Shown: positions 53,508 to 61,377 of the stretch, one piece after another | Position numbering within the stretch: the stretch's first letter is position 1 | Layout: the number at the start of each line of letters is the position of its first letter | Source of the DNA: a virus | Taxonomy: Duplodnaviria > Caudoviricetes | Direction: 5' to 3' (one strand) | DNA length: 64,000 nt | IMG/VR virus record: IMGVR_UViG_3300025924_000017 | Coordinates: 96,001-160,000 of that record | Translations under genes and position numbers: made by a program | The notes under the pieces: generated by a model | Database searches by the model: none | Told to the model about the DNA's origin: nothing | What the model saw: the letters and a program-made list of their open reading frames with translations, nothing else

Positions 53508-53947
53508 TGCCTGTCCTGTTTCAGAAGGTCTATTACCGAGAAGATGCCCGGCGTAACCCCGACGTTCTTTACGTCTTCGGGGACAACGTCCGGCGCATCG
53601 GTCTCGGCGGGCAGGCGAAGGAGATGCGTCATGAGCCGAACGCAATCGGCGTAGCGACGCTCTATGCGCCCGGCGATTACTTCGGCAGCGACAGGGCTGA
53701 AGTGGTGGCTCAGAACCGCATCGTGGATCAGGACATGAAGCCTCTGTTCGCCCAGCTTGTCAGGGGCGGCATCGTGGTCTGGCCTACGGACGGGATCGGA
53801 ACCGGGCTCGCCAATCTGGAGACTTATGCCCCCGACACTTTCCAGCATGTCCGTGAGAAGCTCGCCGCGTTGATCCGTGTCGGCAAGTTGTTCGACAGAG
53901 GCCGCGTCGAGGAAGCGAAGAGCGAAGCGGCGCCGCACCTCTCATGA
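53507..53947 (+). CDS. conserved phage protein (YVFGDN...GGQA family)
   Basis: LYVFGDN.RR.G.GGQA..MR...NAIG.AT and DGIGTGLA motifs; possibly macrodomain-like. Confidence 0.7.
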   Translation: MPVLFQKVYYREDARRNPDVLYVFGDNVRRIGLGGQAKEMRHEPNAIGVATLYAPGDYFGSDRAEVVAQNRIVDQDMKPLFAQLVRGGIVVWPTDGIGTGLANLETYAPDTFQHVREKLAALIRVGKLFDRGRVEEAKSEAAPHLS

Positions 53948-54138
53948 TCCCCGGTCTGAAAGTCGGCCATCAGATCATCACGCCGCAGTGCCGTATCAAT
54001 CGTGGTGCGACGCCCGCTTTTCTCGAAGCGGCGCGGCGCCTGCAAGAAGCCTATGACGAATACGCGCGCGATCCGTGCAACGCGAATGTCAAATGGCATC
54101 TCGTAATGATCAGGGACGATCCGGCCGACGCAGCCTAG
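53944..54138 (+). CDS. hypothetical protein
   Basis: 64-aa coupled ORF. Confidence 0.55.
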   Translation: MIPGLKVGHQIITPQCRINRGATPAFLEAARRLQEAYDEYARDPCNANVKWHLVMIRDDPADAA

Positions 54139-54836
54139 GCGACAATCTGGCCGAAGAAGTTGACACCGAGCTTTTCTTCGAGCCCATGCGGTAGGAACGG
54201 GTTGTAGACGCGGGGATTGGTCCCCCGTTTCCAGCATCCGGCGAGCCATTCCTTGAGAGGGACTTCCTCGCGATAGCGTAAAACTTCGACGCCGAGTTCG
54301 TTGGTCGCTACCACGGTTTCGAAGTCCTGATATGTGCAGCCGCAGGAGTGCTCAGGCTCACCAACCGGGCGCACTTCGGCTTTGACGCCGTAATGCTCGG
54401 CCTTCGCTGCGAAGTCGAGAGCATCGCCGCGAGCATATTTCATCGCGCCGTAGCCCTGTGTATGATGCTTGGACCCATGCACGAAATACCCCCGGATCAT
54501 TTCCGGGCTCGCCGGAATGTCCGTCACGGCGGCGAGCGCCCGTAATTCGGTCTTGAACCGCCCGATCTCAGCGTTGCGGGCGTCGATCATCGCCTCAGCC
54601 TCCACCTTGTAGGGCTCGTGGAAGGCGGCGAAATCCGGGTGACCTGCGACCTTTGAGAGGTCGAATTTCTTGCGCGGGAACCGGGGTTTCCAGAAAACCT
54701 TCAGGTCTTCATTGTAGCGATCCCGGTAGGCCACGATTTCGGCCCAACTGGACTGCTCGAATGCTGCGAGCGCAGCCAATACCTCGGCGAATTTTTCGGA
54801 CACTTGCGGTTCCATCTTGTTTCGAGTAAACGCCAC
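54135..54836 (-). CDS. hypothetical protein on the opposite strand
   Basis: 233-aa ORF with its own promoter; start may be ATG 54815. Confidence 0.7.
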   Translation of the reverse strand: MAFTRNKMEPQVSEKFAEVLAALAAFEQSSWAEIVAYRDRYNEDLKVFWKPRFPRKKFDLSKVAGHPDFAAFHEPYKVEAEAMIDARNAEIGRFKTELRALAAVTDIPASPEMIRGYFVHGSKHHTQGYGAMKYARGDALDFAAKAEHYGVKAEVRPVGEPEHSCGCTYQDFETVVATNELGVEVLRYREEVPLKEWLAGCWKRGTNPRVYNPFLPHGLEEKLGVNFFGQIVA

Positions 54837-54921
54837 ATATCACGGCACATATCGTCTGTCAAGTGTTGACGACTAGCCCTTCAAGTTCTGCTATTGACAC
54901 AGTGACGTCGTTCGTGACAGT
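54834..54921. promoter_or_regulatory. back-to-back divergent promoters
   Basis: TGTCAA-GTG-TTGACG (54857-54871) plus a second TTGACA at 54894. Confidence 0.6.
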
Positions 54922-54934
54922 GTCGCCGCCAACA

Positions 54935-55123
54935 ATGACAAAGCGCAAACCCAAGCTCTCAACCGACGACGAGACGTTCGTGAAGATCGTCCGTGCCGCG
55001 ACCATCATTGGCGACGGCCGCGCCCGGCACATCCGGAATTACAAGCGCTTGGTTACCATCATCGACAAACTGACGCCGAAGCCGATTTCTTTTGGCGCAC
55101 CGAAAGGCCGTGTCAAATGCTGA
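54935..55123 (+). CDS. hypothetical basic protein
   Basis: ATG 54935 downstream of the promoter. Confidence 0.5.
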   Translation: MTKRKPKLSTDDETFVKIVRAATIIGDGRARHIRNYKRLVTIIDKLTPKPISFGAPKGRVKC

Positions 55124-55662
55124 TCACTGTCGATGTCGAAAGCGATGGCCCGGCGCCGGGCATCTATTCGATGGTGAGCTTCGGCGCTGTCATCGTCGAG
55201 CCGACATTATCGCATAAGTTCCGCGCGGAGACTGCGCCGATCTCGGGCCTCTGGATACCAAAATCATTGGCAATCTCGGGTGTTACCCGGGAAGAGCATG
55301 AAAAATTTCCACACCCTTCAACAGTGATGCCAACATTCAAGCGGTGGCTTGAGAGTAAGCTACGCATCTTCGACGTTGAACGCTTCGTCATGATCTCGGA
55401 CAATCCGGCGTTCGATCATGCCTTCATCAACTGGTACGGCTGGAAATTCTGCGGCAAGGACCTCCTCGGGCACTCAGGCCGCCGCATCAACGATCTCTTC
55501 GCAGGCTCGCAGAACAACGCAAGCGCGACGCAGGGCTGGAAGAAATTCCGCAAGACGCCGCACAATCACGATCCGCTCGACGACGCCATGGGCATGGCTG
55601 AGGCACTCCTCGGCATGAAAGAAAGCGGCATGCGGTTTTCCATGATCCCGGAGACTGCGTGA
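55117..55662 (+). CDS. DEDDh 3'-5' exonuclease
   Basis: ITVDVESDGP, NPAFDH, HDPLDDA motifs. Confidence 0.85.
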   Translation: MLITVDVESDGPAPGIYSMVSFGAVIVEPTLSHKFRAETAPISGLWIPKSLAISGVTREEHEKFPHPSTVMPTFKRWLESKLRIFDVERFVMISDNPAFDHAFINWYGWKFCGKDLLGHSGRRINDLFAGSQNNASATQGWKKFRKTPHNHDPLDDAMGMAEALLGMKESGMRFSMIPETA

Positions 55663-56486
55663 TGCGGAAAATCATTCAGGGTGTCGGGGCCGCGCTACTT
55701 GGTATCTTCGTCGTTCAGCTTATCGTCACATGCTGCTTGGCGTTGGACCAGAAGAGCGTTCATTGCCCGCCGGGCTCGAAGCGGGAGTTCGGGCAATATA
55801 TCGGCGTGGTCTGCGTCGTCCCGCCGCTCAAAGAACCCACCTACAACAAGGTAACAGCGCCGCAATGACATTCGAGCGCGGGCGCTTCGAGTTCATCCTG
55901 AAATCACAACGCCAAGACGACCCCGATCCAGATGCGAAGCCGATCAAAGAGCTTTCAGACGACGAGCTTATTGCGGAAGTCGATCATCGGTTCGGGAAGA
56001 ACTGGGCACGACATGCGGAGTGGAAGTAATGCGTAAACGTTCCTACTTTCTGATCGGCAACTCGCTTCTCGCAGCATTCGTCTGCGGGTTCACGATCTCG
56101 ACGGGCTCGAAGGCCCAGTCGGTCCCTCCACCCACGCGCTGTGACGCACCATCAGCAGCGCAGGAACCGGCACCAGCCCAACCACCACATCCGAAGTTCG
56201 TCTTCGGATCGATGATCTGGGCGCCGGTCGCGCCGGGCTCGTCTCAGTATCACTGGTGCGACCCGAGCAAGTCGAAGGATTGCGTCGAATGAAAAAGTTT
56301 TTCGCAGGATTTTTCACCTGCTACCTGTTCGCCGGTTACGCGATTGGCGGCGCGCTCGCCCACTTCGTCCCCGCGACCAACTTCATCGGCGTCACCTACA
56401 TCGCGGCGATTTGGCCTTATTGGGTCATCGCGCCGGTGTTTGGCTTCGATCCGCCGGTGCCACCCGCATCGTTCACGTTCAACTAG
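55659..56486 (+). other. four small coupled ORFs (55659-55868, 55865-56029, 56029-56292, 56289-56486), three with TM/signal segments
   Basis: ATGA/TAATG start-stop overlaps, hydrophobic N-termini. Confidence 0.55.
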
Positions 56487-56498
56487 TACGAGGAATTC

Positions 56499-57002
56499 AT
56501 GAAAAAAGAAATCAAACTCGGGATGACGGTCCGTGACAAAGTCACGGGACTGAAGGGCACAGCTTCACTGTTCGCTGAGTTGCTAAGCGGCACGCGGCAG
56601 ATCGCAATCCAGCCGAGTGGTAAGGGCACCGATTATCCGGAAGGTCGTTATATCGACGACCATCTGATCGAATACATTGACGATGGCGTGAGTCGAATCG
56701 TGCCGCCCATCGACAACTCCGTCACAATCAGGCTGGGGCAGAAAGTCCGCGACATCGTTTCCGGATTCGAAGGTATCGCCGTCGAGAAGCTCATTTACCA
56801 GAACGGCTGCGTGCATTTCACTGTCCAGCCGAAGGGGAAGATGAAGGAAGAGATTCCGGAATCCATCAGCCTCGATCACAAGCGACTCGAAGTCGCGGGC
56901 GTCGGCATTCTCCCCAAGATCGCGAAGGCAAAACCAAGGCGGAACACCAAAAAGCCACCGGGTGGCCCGTCACGTTCCATGAACAGCATTAGGACGGCAT
57001 AA
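56499..57002 (+). CDS. hypothetical protein with tandem duplicated domain
   Basis: LGMTVRDKVTGLKG.A and LGQKVRDIVSGFEG.A repeats; GAGG SD. Confidence 0.75.
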   Translation: MKKEIKLGMTVRDKVTGLKGTASLFAELLSGTRQIAIQPSGKGTDYPEGRYIDDHLIEYIDDGVSRIVPPIDNSVTIRLGQKVRDIVSGFEGIAVEKLIYQNGCVHFTVQPKGKMKEEIPESISLDHKRLEVAGVGILPKIAKAKPRRNTKKPPGGPSRSMNSIRTA

Positions 57003-57005
57003 GCC

Positions 57006-57437
57006 ATGGGCCTCTCCACCGATCTCGGACATCACGTCTTCCGCCACGACACGCCGTGGATAATCAGCGGAAATTCGCAAATCCCGCAGTTGACGCCCAT
57101 CCAAAAAGCGGCCGTCGTGCCGTGGGATATCAAACGGCTCAAGAGCTTTCTCTTGATCCTCCAAAAAGCACAGGCGACGGAGCAGCAAGTTGCTGGCGTG
57201 TCGTACCCTGCCGATCCAATCGACTACGTCAAACTGTTCGAGGAGCGCATCGCCTACCTCGAACGCGAGGAGGATCGCACCAACCGCATCGCGAGGCTGG
57301 GTGGCGCGCTGTACCACGAGTTCGGTGAAAATGCGCCTGCCGGAAAAGGTGGTCGTGATTATTGGGAGGCTGTAGCCACCAAAGCCTTCAAGGAGACGGA
57401 AGAGATGACCGCCCTTTTGGGTCCGCTGAAGACATGA
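57006..57437 (+). CDS. hypothetical protein
   Basis: 143-aa ORF. Confidence 0.6.
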   Translation: MGLSTDLGHHVFRHDTPWIISGNSQIPQLTPIQKAAVVPWDIKRLKSFLLILQKAQATEQQVAGVSYPADPIDYVKLFEERIAYLEREEDRTNRIARLGGALYHEFGENAPAGKGGRDYWEAVATKAFKETEEMTALLGPLKT

Positions 57438-57688
57438 AGCGGGAACCGCACACGCCTGCGCCTCCACCGACTTTGCGAACCCCGGGGAATGATATGCCTC
57501 GTGTTCTTCTGGCGTTCGACGGCGAGAAGTGGCGCTGGTATTCCATCAGCCTTATTGAGCACGCAAGTTACGCCGATGTCTTCAACTGCTGCGAAGTTCT
57601 GGCCGATGCCACCCCAAGCGACTGCGTCAAGCTGTTCGAAGAGCGCATTGCCCTAGAAGCCGCCGAGTTGGAGCCACTGAAGAAATGA
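57434..57688 (+). CDS. hypothetical protein
   Basis: ATGA-coupled; shares a motif with the upstream gene. Confidence 0.55.
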   Translation: MKREPHTPAPPPTLRTPGNDMPRVLLAFDGEKWRWYSISLIEHASYADVFNCCEVLADATPSDCVKLFEERIALEAAELEPLKK

Positions 57689-57915
57689 AGCAGGACCCGC
57701 ACATCGTCCTCGGCGGCGAGATCGTCGATGTCAACGGCGATGATGTCGAATTCGCCGATCTGACGAAAGTCGATCTCGTCGGCATCTACCCGAGCTATGA
57801 GGCCGCGCTGCCTGTCTGGCGCGGCAAGGCGCAGTTCACCGTAGACAACGCGCATATGCGGTACTTCGTACTGCCGGTGCGGAAGCTGTTGGAGCCGAAG
57901 CATGGAGTGGGATGA
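57685..57915 (+). CDS. DUF4170-like protein
   Basis: HIVLGGE...F.DL.KVDLVGIYPSYE.A...WRGKAQ.TVDNAHMRYF pattern, known from alphaproteobacterial proteins. Confidence 0.75.
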   Translation: MKQDPHIVLGGEIVDVNGDDVEFADLTKVDLVGIYPSYEAALPVWRGKAQFTVDNAHMRYFVLPVRKLLEPKHGVG

Positions 57916-58010
57916 TCGCTGCCCATGCTGTAACCCCAAAGTTGCCGCATGGTTGGAAGAACTGCGGCAGAAAGAGATCGAGCGTCTTACCGGCAAAAAG
58001 GCGCCCAAGG

Positions 58011-58241
58011 ATGTCGATGAGCGATGAACGCCTGACAGCAGCCGAACCCGTCCAGCGCGACGACGGCCGCTATTACATCCCGATCTGCACGACTCATCCT
58101 CGGCAAGGCAAGTCGGAAGTCGTCATGCGCGTTGCCAGCGACGCTTTTCACACAATGCGGGAAGCCGAGCAATTCGCCGATGAGATCGTCGGCATCGTCA
58201 ACGCGCATCTGGCGAACTATGGAGGATGGTTGTTGCCATGA
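58011..58241 (+). CDS. hypothetical protein
   Basis: AAGG SD, coupled to the next gene. Confidence 0.5.
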   Translation: MSMSDERLTAAEPVQRDDGRYYIPICTTHPRQGKSEVVMRVASDAFHTMREAEQFADEIVGIVNAHLANYGGWLLP

Positions 58242-58789
58242 ACATCGTGCTTCTCATGGAAGTCACCGGCGTGCTCTTCAGCATCGTCGGCACCACGCTG
58301 CTCGCGCTGAACATCCCGATCTCGCGCTGGGCATACCTCGTCATGCTGGGCGGCTCGGTCACGATGACCATTGTATCCGTCAAGATACACAATATCCCGG
58401 AGGTCGGGCTCTGGGGCTACTACACCGCCGTAAATCTGCTCGGCATTTGGCGCTGGATCGTGAAGAACGAAACTGCGGAGAATGAGTCAGCTTTTATCGC
58501 GGTGATCGAGGACCTGCTCGATGAACTGGCGGGTACCAAGGCTGCCCTCTCTTGCAAGACGGCTGTGGCGGGATCGCTGCATGAGCAGTTGATGAAGACG
58601 GACGTCGATCTCGCGCATTACCGCGATCTCGAACTCCCGCTTCGCACCAACAGCTACGAAGTCGAGCAGAAGAAACGCCTGCGTGCCTATGCAGCGCTTC
58701 GGACCATCGCCGCAAAGGGCGATGACGCGATGACCGACATCACCGCAATCAAGAAACTCGCCGAAGACACATTGAGGATTATTCCGTGA
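58238..58789 (+). CDS. three-TM protein (PnuC-like half) fused to a coiled coil
   Basis: Three hydrophobic helices ending GIWRW, then a charged helical C-terminus. Confidence 0.6.
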   Translation: MNIVLLMEVTGVLFSIVGTTLLALNIPISRWAYLVMLGGSVTMTIVSVKIHNIPEVGLWGYYTAVNLLGIWRWIVKNETAENESAFIAVIEDLLDELAGTKAALSCKTAVAGSLHEQLMKTDVDLAHYRDLELPLRTNSYEVEQKKRLRAYAALRTIAAKGDDAMTDITAIKKLAEDTLRIIP

Positions 58790-58983
58790 CCACACCGCAA
58801 GAGCACGCAAACAAGATCGGCGCTCTCTGCACCGAACTGAATCGAGCAATGACGCGCGCATCGAATGACGGGTTGCGTGTTGAGGTCCGGACAAACGTTC
58901 GCGAGTGCATCGGCTATGAACCCGTACCGACCCTCGTGATCAAAGCATTGCTACCGCTAGACCCTACGGAGAACATCGCCTGA
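58786..58983 (+). CDS. hypothetical protein
   Basis: GAGG SD, GTG start, coupled. Confidence 0.55.
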   Translation: MTTPQEHANKIGALCTELNRAMTRASNDGLRVEVRTNVRECIGYEPVPTLVIKALLPLDPTENIA

Positions 58984-59471
58984 TGTGTGACGAAGACGAC
59001 GATATCCCTGAGCCCATCGACGGCTCCCGGTTCTATATCATCCACGGCATGATTCACGACCGAAAGACCGGCCGTCATGTCACGACTGCCCCCGACGAAG
59101 ATATCTTCATGGGGATGACGGTTACCGAGACCTGTCAACTTCTGAACAATCTCGCGGACCAACCGGGCATCGAAGATTACAAGAAGTGGGCTGAACAGAA
59201 TGCCCATCATGTGAAGCGCTTGGACATCGCCCTCAATGGCGAGGCGGGCGCCGCGCAGGCGCCACTTATCATCGACATCCTGAGTCAGGTGGAAGACCTG
59301 CGACGCAAGAACGGAGGCCAACCACTTCTGTTGGCGCCGCCCTTCAAACAAGCGCATGTTACCATCGTCGGCGGCGAAGTGACCGGCGTGTTCTTCGACA
59401 AGGTGGCAGCAAAACGCGATACAGGGGAACGTGCAGGCACAGGGATCATCACAGTCGGGGTGAAAGGCTGA
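58983..59471 (+). CDS. hypothetical protein
   Basis: 162-aa coupled ORF. Confidence 0.6.
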   Translation: MCDEDDDIPEPIDGSRFYIIHGMIHDRKTGRHVTTAPDEDIFMGMTVTETCQLLNNLADQPGIEDYKKWAEQNAHHVKRLDIALNGEAGAAQAPLIIDILSQVEDLRRKNGGQPLLLAPPFKQAHVTIVGGEVTGVFFDKVAAKRDTGERAGTGIITVGVKG

Positions 59472-59601
59472 TGTGCGCACGCTGCCCCAACACCCAATAC
59501 CCTGAAGATCAGCGTGGTCCGTTCGTATTCATGACAGTCGCCTTCTTCGCCCTCGCCCTGATTGTCTTCGGCGCTCCATTCGCATTGGTGCTGCTGTCGT
59601 A

Positions 59602-60057
59602 ATGAGCTACGACATCTGCTCCTCTGGCGGCTATCCGGGGAGAGTGGTCTCCAATTTCGCGAACAACGAGTTCACCTTCGACGGCGTGTACTGCGCTTCG
59701 ATGGAAGGCCTGCTTCAGGCCTTCAAGTTCGCCCGCGTCGAACATCAGACAGAACTCTGCGCTCTGATAGGGCTCGACGCCAAGTTCCGGGGGCTCGCCG
59801 GAAACGGTTGGCGCAAGCACCAGACGCTCCATTGGGCTGGAGTGAAATACGACCGGCACAGTCCAGAATATCAAAAGCTGCTCGACCGCGCTTACCGCGC
59901 TTTGAGTAAAAATAATGAATTCAGGATTGCCTTGCTGGACACCGGGAACAAAATTCTGACCCACCGCGTTGGCTCTACGGACCCATATTACACCGTGATC
60001 ACTCGGGACGAATTTACTGGGCGATTGATGGGAATTCGCGACAGACTTCGTGGGTAG
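59602..60057 (+). CDS. T4 gp30.3-like NADAR-family protein
   Basis: SNF....F.FDG...ASMEG.LQAFKF, QTLHW.G...DR.S..YQ.LL.RAY, ALL.TG...LTH motifs. Confidence 0.8.
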   Translation: MSYDICSSGGYPGRVVSNFANNEFTFDGVYCASMEGLLQAFKFARVEHQTELCALIGLDAKFRGLAGNGWRKHQTLHWAGVKYDRHSPEYQKLLDRAYRALSKNNEFRIALLDTGNKILTHRVGSTDPYYTVITRDEFTGRLMGIRDRLRG

Positions 60058-60067
60058 GGGAGACAAC

Positions 60068-60445
60068 ATGAGGAAAATTGCCGTCATCGGTGACGATATT
60101 GCCCTCGGGGTGGCAGCTTTCATGCCGGGCTGTGACGTGAATGCCAAACCCCGGTTCCAGTCCGGCGACGTCGCGGGTTGCGTCATGGATGCCCGGATTC
60201 TTGTGGTTTCGGCGGGGACGAACGATCCCTACAACCCCCGTCTGGCGGACAATTTGAAGTCGATCCGCCAAAAGGCGACTGGACGCGTGCTGTGGATCAT
60301 CCCCGCCAACGGCGCGCGTCCGGTTGTCGAAAGAGTTGCCGCCCAGTACGGAGACCGGACTGTGCGGTTTAGCGCGAGCGAGAGCGGGCATCCGCAGTCT
60401 TTCCCCCGCCTCGCCGCGAGCGTCCTTGCGGAAGTCCGCACGTGA
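60068..60445 (+). CDS. SGNH/GDSL-like hydrolase fragment
   Basis: VIGDDIA, VSAGTND, terminal GHP motifs (block I Ser replaced by Asp). Confidence 0.6.
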   Translation: MRKIAVIGDDIALGVAAFMPGCDVNAKPRFQSGDVAGCVMDARILVVSAGTNDPYNPRLADNLKSIRQKATGRVLWIIPANGARPVVERVAAQYGDRTVRFSASESGHPQSFPRLAASVLAEVRT

Positions 60446-60884
60446 GCGCTGTGGGCGAGGACGATCCCATCGACGAAGGCGACTGGCACGAAGACTTCCC
60501 CGAAGGCGCCGAAGCTCTCTGGGACGTGGTCGCCAAAGCGTTGATGCTCCGCATCAACGAAGGCATCCTCACCTTCACAGAGGCCGAACTGAAGCTCGCG
60601 GCGCATACCCAGATGCAGATGCGGGTCGATCCCATTACCGGCGATCTGGAATTCTTCGTCAAACGCTCGGCGAGTTCGGAAAACTGATGGAGCCCGAAGA
60701 AGAAGAGTTTTCCTCGGTCATCCACGTCTATCCTGTGGGCGATTTCCGGACGCACAGTTGCAGTCTCTCGGAACCGTGCTGGTGCGGGCCTGAGATAGAT
60801 GAAGACCATAATGGCACCTTGGTCGTCCATAAGAGCCTCGACGGCCGAGAAAAATACGAAACCGGCGAACGGGTTGTGTCGTAG
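60442..60884 (+). other. two small coupled ORFs (60442-60687, 60687-60884)
   Basis: Start/stop overlaps; the second has H/C motifs (HSC....CWC.P...HKS). Confidence 0.55.
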
Positions 60885-60887
60885 CTG

Positions 60888-60916
60888 TTGACACGACTGT
60901 CGTGGTTTGCGACAGT
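60888..60916 (+). promoter_or_regulatory. promoter giving a leaderless ASCH mRNA
   Basis: TTGACA-17-GACAGT; ATG 60922 6 nt after the -10; TTGACACGACTG identical to 5045. Confidence 0.55.
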
Positions 60917-60921
60917 GCCTT

Positions 60922-61377
60922 ATGGTTTCGACTTCAATCATCCCCGCGATCACACTCTGGCAGCCGTGGGCAACGCTCATCGCGATCAAGGCCAAGCCTT
61001 GGGAGACCCGAGGAAAACCTCCGCCGAAGAAATTGATCGGCCAACGCATCGCGATCCACGCCGCCGCCCGCAAGATGCGCGCGAGCGATTACGACGACGA
61101 CACATTTGCAGCTATGACGGAGGTCTTGGAAGAAGACTGGCCGCATTGGTTCCATGAACTGCCGCTCGGCGTGGTGGTCTGCACCGCGATCCTGAGCGAA
61201 GCGCGCCCGGTCGAAGCCGTCTATCCGAAAGACCTGTTCGGCGATTACCGGCCCGGACGTTGGGCGTGGAAGCTCGACGACGTGGTTCCCATCGATCCCG
61301 TACCCGCGAAGGGTCAACAGTTGTGGGGATGGCCTTGGAAAGTGCCGCCCGGAATCCAGACCGAAGGAAAAATTTGA
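60922..61377 (+). CDS. ASCH-domain protein
   Basis: AITLWQPWATLIAIKAK.WETR, IAIHAA, AKGQQ.LW motifs. Confidence 0.88.
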   Translation: MVSTSIIPAITLWQPWATLIAIKAKPWETRGKPPPKKLIGQRIAIHAAARKMRASDYDDDTFAAMTEVLEEDWPHWFHELPLGVVVCTAILSEARPVEAVYPKDLFGDYRPGRWAWKLDDVVPIDPVPAKGQQLWGWPWKVPPGIQTEGKI

